Source: Thermotogota bacterium (GTDB lineage: Bacteria > Thermotogota > Thermotogae > Petrotogales > Kosmotogaceae). From it: a stretch of 15,685 bases of DNA. Made by a program: the position numbers and the translations under genes. A model generated the notes under the pieces. It ran no database searches, had not been told where the DNA came from, and saw only the letters and a program-made list of their open reading frames with translations. Where the stretch lies: assembly GCA_034660555.1 (NCBI GenBank), contig JAYEJL010000055.1, forward strand, positions 1 through 15,685. Direction: 5' to 3'. The first letter of the stretch is position 1. Every line of letters begins with the position of its first letter. Shown piece by piece: positions 1-7,353 of this stretch.

Positions 1-123
1 ATAAGTAGTGAATTCAGCAACGGAATAATAGAAGGTGTCATAAACAAGATAAAGGTGATTAAGCGGGTTATGTATGGTAGATGCTCGTTTGAACTACTCA
101 AAGTGAAGGTTATGATGCTCTAG
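1..123 (+). CDS. ISL3-family transposase, C-terminal end (5' part outside the window)
   Basis: Frame 1 reads ISSEFSNGIIEGVINKIKVIKRVMYGRCSFELLKVKVMML*, matching the ISL3 C-terminal motif SNGxxEGxNxKIKxIKRxxYG...F. Not in the ORF track. Confidence 0.9.
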   Translation: MSSEFSNGIIEGVINKIKVIKRVMYGRCSFELLKVKVMML

Positions 124-145
124 TCAGATACTTTGCGGAAGAACC
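124..145. mobile_element. Right terminal inverted repeat of the ISL3 element
   Basis: Directly after the transposase stop, TCAGATACTTTGCGGAAGAACC; the reverse complement starts GGTTC, as ISL3 ends typically do. An AT-rich flank follows (AGTTTTAT). The left IR is outside the window. Confidence 0.7.
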
Positions 146-432
146 AGTTTTATTTTATCGTTTACAAAATAACGAAATTTGAAGATTTCTACTACATATA
201 TGTTTCTAGTGATGCATCCATATATAAATTTAGCGATTTAACTGACCCGGTCTGTGTAGGTAAAGAGTTTCCTTATCATATTACTGGACTTGAGGTTGAA
301 GGAGATATACTTTACTTTGTGTCAAATTTTGGAAAAGGATTTTATAAATATAACACAGCTAACAATTTGTTAATTAAACTATTTGAATTGAATTCTCCAG
401 ATCGTCTGTACATGATTACATATCATAAGTGA
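146..432 (+). pseudogene. 3' fragment of a hypothetical gene, 5' truncated by ISL3
   Basis: The TTG start of ORF 133-432 lies inside the IS end and has no RBS. The remainder is beta-strand/aromatic-rich (ITGLEVEGDILYFVSN..FYKYN), reminiscent of a beta-propeller blade. Confidence 0.45.
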
Positions 433-553
433 CACTCCACAGGGCAAGCCCCGTGGCTTCTGCTTAGTTTTCTAAGCATTCTTTTTCTTGCTTTGACGAC
501 GACTCCAACGAATCATCTCCACAAGCGTGAATTCCGCTGTGCCACAGCGTATT
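429..553 (-). ncRNA. TnpB omegaRNA (reRNA) scaffold
   Basis: Minus strand: AATACGCTGTGGCACAGCGGAATTCACGCTTGTGGAGA...AAAGCAAGAA...TGCTTAG-AAAA-CTAAGCA-GAAG-[RE hairpin]-GTGTCAC. The 5' hairpin segment TGGCAC can pair with the 3' GTGTCA (pseudoknot) and GCTT with AAGC, as in TnpB reRNAs. Confidence 0.8.
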
Positions 554-672
554 AAAACCTCTTGTTTATACATGTGTTTACTATCATACTTAGAATTTGT
601 TAAGTGTTTTTTTAATTATTTTGCCAATTCATCCCTGATGTAAGCATATGGGGTTTTCTTGGCAGTTTTTTT
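429..672 (-). mobile_element. Non-autonomous IS200/IS605-family derivative (PATE-like), no tnpA or tnpB
   Basis: Minus strand left end: TTAT target (676-673), then AAAAAAACTGCCAAGAAAA-CCCCATATGCTTACATCAGGG-ATGAATTGGCA. Right end: GAAG-CCACGGGG-CTTG-CCCTGTGG-AGTGTCAC. Guide/cleavage pairs AAAA/TTAT and GAAG/TCAC follow the IS608 pairing scheme (AAAG/TTAC, GAAT/TCAA). Confidence 0.88.
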
Positions 673-753
673 ATAACTCTCAAATTGATCCTCATTTAAG
701 GAATAACGGTGATCAAGTGAGCTTATATTATCAAATACATTTCGCTTAACCAT
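673..753 (-). pseudogene. purB: Adenylosuccinate lyase 5' stub (27 codons), truncated at the mini-element
   Basis: RBS AGGGAGG, then MVKRNVFDNISSLDHRYSLNEDQFESY, resembling the PurB N-terminal ISPLDxRY motif. Lies directly downstream of purE and ends exactly at the TTAT target. Confidence 0.6.
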
Positions 754-775
754 ATTCCTTACCCTCCCTTAAATT

Positions 776-1291
776 TTAGTCAAAATGTTTAGCCAGATAA
801 TACCTGTATCCGGGCTCTGTAAGTTCTTTAGAGGTTTCTTTAACTCTATCAGCCATCTCACCTTTAAACCTCTTAAATTTACTTCTTAGTTCATCATCTG
901 CTACACCTAAAATCTGCACAGCCAGTAACTCTGCATTTTTAACGCCATTTAAAGCAACAGTTGCAACAGGAACCCCAGGCATCTGGACCATTGAATATAA
1001 TGAATGAGCACCACCCAGGGTCGAAGTCTTTACAGGAACTCCTATAACCGGCAGTGAAGTATAGGCAGCCAGAACCCCTGCCAGTTGAGCCGCTTTACCT
1101 GCTCCTGCAATAATGACCCTGATTCCTTACTCTTCCGCAGACCGGGCATATTCCTCTGCCAGTTCCGGTGTCCTGTGGGCTGAAATTACTTTCAATTCAT
1201 ACTCCACTTTAAACTCTTCCAGAATCTCAGCTGTCTCCTTCATTACCAGTAGTCTGGAATCACTACCCATCACAACACCTACTTTGAACAT
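776..1291 (-). pseudogene. purE: N5-CAIR mutase with an in-frame stop
   Basis: [12 protein letters not shown]...ISAHRTP...EE*GIRVIIAGAGKAAQLAG...LPVIGVPV...VQMPGVPVATVA. TAA at 1129-1127 (codon 55); conserved SDSD changed to SDSR and AAH to AAQ. Confidence 0.93.
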
Positions 1292-1292
1292 T

Positions 1293-1463
1293 CTAAACAC
1301 CTCTTTGATTTTTTAAGGCCTTTTGTCCGATATCAGTTTGATACTGGATACCGGAAAAATTTATTTTTTCAATAACCTTATAGGCTCTCTCAATCGAATC
1401 ATGAAAGGAATCATCAACAGCAGATACTCCCGGGACTCTACTTCGTGCAGTTACCAAGTCACT
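1293..1463 (-). pseudogene. purD: Phosphoribosylamine-glycine ligase C-terminal remnant
   Basis: [56 protein letters not shown] aligns to the PurD C-terminus (LVTxGGRVLxV...AY...I.F.G.QYRxDIG). No start codon; its stop sits 1 nt before the purE ATG. Confidence 0.82.
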
Positions 1464-1503
1464 ATAAAATAAAGATATAGCAACATTGCTATATATATCT
1501 ATT

Positions 1504-1562
1504 AAAAATGCCCAGGTCGGGTAGATACTACTTTACTAAGAGTAGAACCTCCTCGCCTGGGC
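1504..1562 (-). terminator. Intrinsic terminator, the riboswitch expression platform
   Basis: Minus strand: GCCCAGG-CGAGGAGGTTCTACT...AGTAGTATCTACCCGA-CCTGGGC followed by ATTTTT. The 5' arm overlaps the 3' end of the ykkC aptamer. Confidence 0.7.
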
Positions 1563-1716
1563 TTTTTATCCCTTTGGTGTAATATAAGAAATCAGCACCT
1601 CACGAACCTGCCATTATTAGATGATAATTGATCATTGCCAATTAGCACAAAATCCTGGTTTACAAAAACTAGGAATGTAAATTCCTGCAATAAAGCGTAA
1701 ACCAAGGTACACTTTC
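1545..1716 (-). ncRNA. ykkC subtype 2 (PRPP-type) riboswitch aptamer, degenerate
   Basis: Minus strand: GAAAGTGTACCTTGGTTTACGC...GGTTCGTGAGGTGC...ACACCAAAGGGATAAAAAGCCCAGGCGAGGAGGTT, against the remembered consensus GAAAGTGTACCTAGGGTTCCG...CCGAGCGGTAC...ACACCnnnGGGAnAAAAGCCCGGG. Lies upstream of pur genes. Confidence 0.8.
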
Positions 1717-1784
1717 CTCATAGCTAGGTAGTTTATGGCCATCCGGTAGATGCTTATGTACCTTATTCCCAAAATTATATGAGG
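1716..1784 (-). ncRNA. Purine (guanine-type) riboswitch aptamer, degenerate
   Basis: Minus strand: CCTCATA-TAAT-TTTGGG-AATAAGG-TACATAA-GCATCTACC-GGATGG-CCATAAA-CTACCTAG-C-TATGAGG. P1 is intact, the TCTACC junction and L2 GG / L3 CC are retained, C sits at the discriminator position, and P2 is mismatched. Confidence 0.85.
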
Positions 1785-1810
1785 TAATATTACATTCTGT
1801 TTTCAACTAT

Positions 1811-1839
1811 GTATTAACAGATAAATAATATCTAGTCAA
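1811..1839 (-). promoter_or_regulatory. Sigma70/SigA-type promoter of the pur leader
   Basis: TTGACT-17 nt-TAATAC with TG just upstream of the -10, about 25 nt before the guanine aptamer. Confidence 0.55.
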
Positions 1840-1885
1840 TAAAATTCAATAATTTAAACAAAATTTAAATATTCATAAAGTTTTT

Positions 1886-2758
1886 TTATTTAGCCATAAA
1901 TTCGTCAGAAAAATCCTTAGCATGATATGAGCTGCGAACATAGGGGCCGGAGGCAACATATTTAAAACCCAGTTCCCGGCCAATATCCTTATACCGGTCA
2001 AATTTTTCTGGTTCAATATATTTCACTACAGGCAAATGATCTCTGGTAGGTTGGAGATATTGACCGATAGTAAAGATATCACAGTCAATTGACCTCAGGT
2101 CTTTCATTACCTGTACTACCTCATCCTCTTTCTCCCCCAGACCGACCATGATACCTGATTTTGTGTAAATAGAATCATTTAATTCTTTAACATACTTCAA
2201 GACAGATAGAGAGCGTTGATAATTAGCCTCTGGTCTAACTCTGGAGTAAAGGCGGGGAACCGTTTCAACATTATGATTATAGATATTCGGGCCAGCTGCT
2301 ACCACCTCTTTTATGGCATCTCTATTCATTTTAAAATCTGGAGTCAAGATTTCAATAATAATTTTTGAATCCAGTTTATGAATATTTTCTATTGTTCTAA
2401 TAAATTGTTCCGCTCCACCATCAGGTAGGTCATCCCTTGTAACCGAGGTGATAACTACATGTCTCAATCCCAGTTTGCCCACTGCCCTTGCCAGTCGAAC
2501 TGGTTCCTCATCGTCTATGGGACCAGGATATCCGGTCTTAACCGCGCAGAAGCGGCAGTTCCGGGTGCAAACATCCCCAAGTATCATAAAGGCTGCTGTT
2601 TTGTTGGCAAAACACTCTCCAATATTGGGGCATCTAGCACTCTGACAGACGGAATGGAGTTCAAATTCCTTTAAGACCTTCCTGGTTTCAATCATTTTCT
2701 GGTTAAAAAGGTTTTTATGTCGCAGCCATTCAGGTAATCTTTTTCTATTCTTTTTCAT
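1886..2758 (-). CDS. lipA: Lipoyl synthase (radical SAM)
   Basis: CX4CX5C ([12 protein letters not shown]), CX3CX2C (CTRNCRFC), [20 protein letters not shown] and RSSY are all intact. Confidence 0.97.
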   Translation of the reverse strand: MKKNRKRLPEWLRHKNLFNQKMIETRKVLKEFELHSVCQSARCPNIGECFANKTAAFMILGDVCTRNCRFCAVKTGYPGPIDDEEPVRLARAVGKLGLRHVVITSVTRDDLPDGGAEQFIRTIENIHKLDSKIIIEILTPDFKMNRDAIKEVVAAGPNIYNHNVETVPRLYSRVRPEANYQRSLSVLKYVKELNDSIYTKSGIMVGLGEKEDEVVQVMKDLRSIDCDIFTIGQYLQPTRDHLPVVKYIEPEKFDRYKDIGRELGFKYVASGPYVRSSYHAKDFSDEFMAK

Positions 2759-2778
2759 TTATATTGCCCTTTCTAAAA

Positions 2779-3597
2779 CTACCTTTTGTAGATCCAATTA
2801 TAACAATTATATTTTTCTTTACTCAATTTTTCAACCCATTCCTCTTCTTCATCAATCAATTCACCAGTAATAAGTTTTATGCCAAACCTCTTTTCCCAGC
2901 CTTTCTTAATAGCTTTCTTTAAGTCAGTAATTTCAATTTTTTTATCGGACTCCTGGTTTACTGCAGTTGCTTTCTTTAAAAATCGTTTCTTCATTCTCTC
3001 TCTCACTCTCTGACCCGGCATCTTTAAAGTCCTGTATAGCTGATCAGCATTAATAGTTATCGGAATAGAACCGTGCTGGAGTATTACTCCCTTCTGCCTG
3101 GTCTGGGCACTTCCGACCAGCTTTTTTTCAGCTACAACTACTTCATTCAGGGAAGGTGCGTCAAAACAGGCCGCCGAAAACCCGCTGGGAGCCTTCTTCT
3201 TTCTTTTTGCCAGTTTTAATTCTGCAGCCAGGCCGAGGGAATTTAACCCATTTATAATCCCTTCACTGATAATTTTATAGCTTTCCAGGATATTATTAGG
3301 TAAAAAATCAGTCTTCTCCCCGATAACGATACTATAGGTAAGCTCATCATCATGGAGAATAGCTCGTCCACCGGTTAAACGGCGAACAATATCAATATTA
3401 TTTTCTTTACAATATTCTGCGTCTACTTCCTTTTCTGCTTGCTGAAAATAACCTAATGATAATGCAGGTGAAGACCACTGATAAAAACGTACAGTAGGCG
3501 GAACCAGTCCTATCCGGTGCGCATTCATAACAGCTTCATCGACAGCCATATTATAAAATGCATTATTTGACCCGGTATCAAGCAAACGCCACTCCAT
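2779..3597 (-). CDS. lipM: Octanoyltransferase LipM / lipoate-protein ligase family
   Basis: NMAVDEA, RRLTGGRAILHD, ACFDAPS, KLVGSAQ and LQHGSI; about 272 aa with no LplA C-terminal domain. Start moved to ATG 3597 (RBS GAGGAG). Adjacent to lipA. Confidence 0.85.
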   Translation of the reverse strand: MEWRLLDTGSNNAFYNMAVDEAVMNAHRIGLVPPTVRFYQWSSPALSLGYFQQAEKEVDAEYCKENNIDIVRRLTGGRAILHDDELTYSIVIGEKTDFLPNNILESYKIISEGIINGLNSLGLAAELKLAKRKKKAPSGFSAACFDAPSLNEVVVAEKKLVGSAQTRQKGVILQHGSIPITINADQLYRTLKMPGQRVRERMKKRFLKKATAVNQESDKKIEITDLKKAIKKGWEKRFGIKLITGELIDEEEEWVEKLSKEKYNCYNWIYKR

Positions 3598-3648
3598 GCT
3601 ATCGCTCCTCAAAATAATATTTGTCTACTAAAGCTCTTGCATAATTAA

Positions 3649-4275
3649 TTATGCAATGAATCTTGAAAGATGTCTAACTAATAAACCGTAAAACAAATTT
3701 AAATAAGGGCTTATATATGTTTCAATAATGGAACCACCAAATAATATAAAGGCTAGCACTGCCATATCAAATGAATATTTGAGAAAATGCTGAAAATTAA
3801 GCCTTTCAATTCTCCAGTAATACTTTATTATCCAGATACTGAGATAAATACCCATTACACCAGCCAGAATATATGTAGGAATAATCAGGATGTTCTGTGG
3901 GAAAATGGCTGTTAAAGTAATCATAATTCCTTTGTATCCATATTCACTTACCAGAAATCCAACTGTAAAACCCATAACAAATCCTTTGAAAAAGATTAAT
4001 AATGTTATAAAGGACATTAAAAAAACCGATATAACAAAGGCCCAGATTATAGCAATATTAAAGAGATTAAATCTTATACTTTCACTAACAAGAGAATGGT
4101 GATCATACTCCAGATTGTTTAAGCTGCTCATAAAATTATTAAAATAACTGAATAGGCTCTGTTTAACATGATATTCAACTGTCTTCACTGCAATAGAACC
4201 AAATATAATCCCCAGAATAAAAATAATAGCAACAAATGTAAAGAGTGATAACCTATCCCTTAAAAAAGTATTCAT
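3649..4275 (-). CDS. spoIIM: Stage II sporulation protein M family membrane protein
   Basis: FILGIIFGSIAV, FFKGFVMGFTVGFLV, IFPQNILIIP and IIETYISP are typical SpoIIM motifs; 208 aa. Confidence 0.88.
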   Translation of the reverse strand: MNTFLRDRLSLFTFVAIIFILGIIFGSIAVKTVEYHVKQSLFSYFNNFMSSLNNLEYDHHSLVSESIRFNLFNIAIIWAFVISVFLMSFITLLIFFKGFVMGFTVGFLVSEYGYKGIMITLTAIFPQNILIIPTYILAGVMGIYLSIWIIKYYWRIERLNFQHFLKYSFDMAVLAFILFGGSIIETYISPYLNLFYGLLVRHLSRFIA

Positions 4276-4376
4276 AGTTAAGCCCCCGGGAATGGAGAAA
4301 GTACTGTCAAATCATAATTATAGGAAATTTATTGATGATGAAGAACATAAAACCCTTTAGAATGTTTTGATCTGCA

Positions 4377-4385
4377 TGATATAAT
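4377..4385 (+). promoter_or_regulatory. Extended -10 promoter element
   Basis: TGATATAAT (TGnTATAAT), 60 nt upstream of the 4446 ATG. Confidence 0.5.
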
Positions 4386-4445
4386 CATCCTGTTCTTGAA
4401 ACAAAAACTACAGGCTGTATCACAGTTACAAAGGGGGTTTATCTT

Positions 4446-5189
4446 ATGGACCTTTCATTTTTAGATAGTTTACTAAAAACTGTTGTAGAGAATTGGTTTA
4501 TAGTTCTTCCAGTAGCGCTATTCATGTACTTTGGGGCACGATTTCTTGAATCAGTAACGCTTTTTCTTGTCGGTGCTGCGATAGGTTTCTTCTACATTAA
4601 CCCACTTGTCATGAGCTGGGTTACTGAAAGATTTGAGTTAACTGATATGTGGTTGAATGTTTTGCCCTACATAATAGCTGTTGTTGTAGCGATTGCTTTT
4701 CTTGCTATTTATAAGATCGCTGTATTCGTTCTTGTGGCTATTGCTTCAGGGGGACTTGTATATTTTCTGCTTGAAATTATTGCTGATGCTATTGTCAAGT
4801 CGAAGGAGACTGTACCGGGAGATGTAACAGGTTTTCTACAAAGTGACACTGCATTCTACGTATTTGTCGGAATAGCTGTCGTTGTTGGTATTATAGGTGG
4901 AATAATCGGAACAAAGAGGAGCAAAGAGTTCTTTCAGGTTTTTTCTATCATATTGGGATCGATCGGTATCGTGCTGTCCCTTTATACATTTATAATGACA
5001 TTGATAATTCAGGGTGAACCGCTGTTCAGAAGGCTTACCCAAGAAGAGGTTGACAAATTAACTAGTGATTTGGGCGCAATGCACTTGTTGATAATGGCTT
5101 TAATAGTTGTGGTTTTGTGTATTTATAAAATAACAAGGTTGTTCAGGAAAAAACGACCTATAACGCACCAGGAAAATATCCAGGAATAG
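4446..5189 (+). CDS. Hypothetical multi-pass membrane protein (DUF4203/TMEM198-like)
   Basis: About 7 hydrophobic segments, FGARF..TLFLVG and SIILGS patterns, RBS AAGGGGG. The family call is tentative. Confidence 0.7.
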   Translation: MDLSFLDSLLKTVVENWFIVLPVALFMYFGARFLESVTLFLVGAAIGFFYINPLVMSWVTERFELTDMWLNVLPYIIAVVVAIAFLAIYKIAVFVLVAIASGGLVYFLLEIIADAIVKSKETVPGDVTGFLQSDTAFYVFVGIAVVVGIIGGIIGTKRSKEFFQVFSIILGSIGIVLSLYTFIMTLIIQGEPLFRRLTQEEVDKLTSDLGAMHLLIMALIVVVLCIYKITRLFRKKRPITHQENIQE

Positions 5190-5222
5190 TCTACTAGATT
5201 TGAGAGGTGAACCTTTTTCAAG

Positions 5223-6509
5223 ATAAATAAAGAAGCAAAAAGAGTCCTTGACACACTTTCAAAATTGGGATATGAAGCATACCTGGTGGGAGGATGTGTC
5301 AGGGATCTTTTTTTGGGCAGAGAACCAAAAGATTGGGACATTTCAACAAATGCAACTGTTGAACAAATGTTGTCAATATTCAAAGATGAAGGTTATACAA
5401 TAGTACCCACGGGAATTCAACATGGTACTGTAACAGTTGTTATTAATAAAGAAATGTACGAAATAACATCCTTTAGGGGTGAAAATATCATAAATGATCT
5501 CAGGTGGAGGGATTTTACAATAAACGCTCTTGCTCTGGATGCAGAAAACAATGTTATTGATCCGGAGGGTGGTCTTGAAGATATCAAAAGCAAAATAATT
5601 CGCTCTGCTAATCCGGAAAAAGCCTTTAAAGACGATCCTCTCAGGATGCTTAGAGCTGTAAGGTTCAAAGCACAGTTAGGGTTCAAAATAGAAGACAGGA
5701 CCAAGAATACTATTTCCAGGCTCAACAATTTATTGGAAAAGGTTAGCTTAGAGCGTATAAGAGATGAATTCAACAAAATAATACTTTCTGATCCATATGT
5801 ATTATTTGGTCTTGTAGATTTTGATCTAATGAAATTCATCTGTCCTGAGTTTTTAGGAACCATTGGAATAGACCAGAAAAATCCCAATCATCATCTGGAT
5901 GTTGCAAATCACATTATTGAATCCATGGTTGTTATTCCAGCTGAACTGGTTTTGAGATTGACTATGTTCTTTCACGATATAGGAAAACCACAAACAATGA
6001 AAATCGGATCAGATGGGATTGGCCATTTTTATTCTCACAATATAACCAGTGAAAATATTGCAAGTAGAACGCTTAAAAGATTGAAATATAGCAGCAAAAC
6101 AATAAAAACAGTTAAACATCTGGTTCATTATCATGATTCATTTCCTGAAGAAAACAAAAAATCAGTAAGTCGTTTTGTGAACAAACATGGAGTTGAATAC
6201 ACTGAGCTTCTCTTTCATGTGTGGCGTGCCGACATGAAAGCTCAGGAACCTACTAGATTACAGGGAAAACTTAATACAATAAACAATGTCGAAGAAATAT
6301 TTAACGAGTTAAGAGAAAGCAAATTTGCAATTACAGTAAAAGATTTGAAAGTAGATGGGGACGATATTATAAAGCTCGGGATTAAAGAAGGACCCGAAAT
6401 TGGAGGAATATTGAATAAATTACTTCAGGTAGTTGTGGATGATCCAGAAATGAACAAAAAAGAAAAACTCGTTGAGCTGGCAAAAAAACTTAAAAAACAA
6501 GATGAATAG
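5223..6509 (+). CDS. cca: Class II tRNA nucleotidyltransferase with HD domain; flexible loop absent (probable CC-adding enzyme)
   Basis: YLVGGCVRD, DWD, HGTV, RDFTINALA, DDPLRMLRAVRF, ERIRDEFNK, FHDIGKP and DLKVDGDD. Homology extends upstream of TTG 5265 to about 5220, so the start is uncertain. Confidence 0.9.
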   Translation: MNKEAKRVLDTLSKLGYEAYLVGGCVRDLFLGREPKDWDISTNATVEQMLSIFKDEGYTIVPTGIQHGTVTVVINKEMYEITSFRGENIINDLRWRDFTINALALDAENNVIDPEGGLEDIKSKIIRSANPEKAFKDDPLRMLRAVRFKAQLGFKIEDRTKNTISRLNNLLEKVSLERIRDEFNKIILSDPYVLFGLVDFDLMKFICPEFLGTIGIDQKNPNHHLDVANHIIESMVVIPAELVLRLTMFFHDIGKPQTMKIGSDGIGHFYSHNITSENIASRTLKRLKYSSKTIKTVKHLVHYHDSFPEENKKSVSRFVNKHGVEYTELLFHVWRADMKAQEPTRLQGKLNTINNVEEIFNELRESKFAITVKDLKVDGDDIIKLGIKEGPEIGGILNKLLQVVVDDPEMNKKEKLVELAKKLKKQDE

Positions 6510-6528
6510 ATAGTCTTTTTATAAATAT

Positions 6529-6558
6529 AAAGCTGCATTCTTTGTGAATGCAGCTTTT
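6529..6558. terminator. Bidirectional intrinsic terminator between cca and bcp
   Basis: AAAGCTGCATTC-TTTGT-GAATGCAGCTTT, a perfect 12-bp stem between convergent genes. Confidence 0.85.
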
Positions 6559-6609
6559 AGGGGATAAGTGCTAGCATTTATTTGGTAATTACTTTTTTCA
6601 ACTCATTAT

Positions 6610-7086
6610 TTAATTGCAATTACTTCTAATAAATTCCAGCACTTCTTCGACATAATCTTTCACCTTTATGTTCCTAAATTCTTTTATTAATACTACATCT
6701 TTGTTCAGTACAAAGGTTGACCTTACTGTTCCCAATCTCTCTTTTCCGAACATTTTCTTTTTCTTTATCACATCGAACATTCTGCGTACTGAAGCATCGG
6801 GATCGCTTAGAATGTTAAAATTCAGATTAAGCTTGTTGTGAAAGTTAAGATGTGACTTGACGCTGTCTTTGCTTATACCTATAACAGCGGTATTAAGTTT
6901 ATCAAACTTGCTCATGTAGTCGCGAAAACTTTCTGCTTTAAATGTACATCCAGGCGTATTATCCTTTGGGTAAAAATAAACCACTACACATTTGCTTTTG
7001 AAATTTGATAGTGAAATATCTTTTCTATCTTCGTTTTCTAGTGTAAAATCCGGTACTTTTCTTCCAACGCTAATTTGATTGTCCAT
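6610..7086 (-). CDS. bcp: Peroxiredoxin BCP/PrxQ
   Basis: VVYFYPKDNTPGCT, GISKDSVKSH and RSTFV; RBS GGAGGAGG. Confidence 0.93.
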   Translation of the reverse strand: MDNQISVGRKVPDFTLENEDRKDISLSNFKSKCVVVYFYPKDNTPGCTFKAESFRDYMSKFDKLNTAVIGISKDSVKSHLNFHNKLNLNFNILSDPDASVRRMFDVIKKKKMFGKERLGTVRSTFVLNKDVVLIKEFRNIKVKDYVEEVLEFIRSNCN

Positions 7087-7177
7087 TATATCCTCCTCCT
7101 GTTTAGAATCATTCTAAACTACTTGTTGATATGATATAATCAATAGTAAAGAACGTAAACAAGTAGAGGTGATTGTT

Positions 7178-7330
7178 ATGTTCTTTGATAACAAAAAAGA
7201 AAAAGACAAACGAAAGCAGAATAAGAGTGGAAGTTTTTGGCTTAGTTGGAATCCAAAAGATAAAGAAAAGAACAAAATGCACATGAGAAAGCTGTTTATG
7301 TTTGACAAATTCTTTAAAAACAAGAAATAG
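7178..7330 (+). CDS. Small Lys-rich hypothetical protein (50 aa)
   Basis: MFFDNKKEKDKRKQNKSGSFWLSWNPKDKEKNKMHMRKLFMFDKFFKNKK*, with TGATATAAT at 7132-7140, RBS GAGGTG at 7166-7171 and a downstream terminator. Confidence 0.7.
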   Translation: MFFDNKKEKDKRKQNKSGSFWLSWNPKDKEKNKMHMRKLFMFDKFFKNKK

Positions 7331-7353
7331 TTGCAATAATAAATTATGATAAC

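Noticed and set aside
429..560. Plus-strand IscB/HEARO-type omegaRNA
   Set aside because: The motif order fits a TnpB right-end RNA on the minus strand, and there is no IscB/HNH ORF downstream on the plus strand.
1113..1316. 67-aa plus-strand ORF
   Set aside because: Antisense shadow of the purE pseudogene.
2448..2674. Two short plus-strand ORFs
   Set aside because: Antisense to the conserved lipA, with no independent signals.
3890..5887. Short ORFs 3890-4102, 4836-5042, 5123-5383 and 5417-5887
   Set aside because: Antisense shadows of spoIIM, the membrane protein and the nucleotidyltransferase.
4375..7145. TGATATAATCA at 4377 and 7132 as targets of the omegaRNA guide or as a shared operator
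   Set aside because: The match to the guide needs a 2-nt gap and lacks an adjacent TTAT; both are explained as extended -10 promoters.
7109..7336. Two hydrophobic minus-strand ORFs
   Set aside because: Their Phe/Leu richness mirrors the A-rich plus-strand 50-aa ORF, which has the promoter, RBS and terminator.
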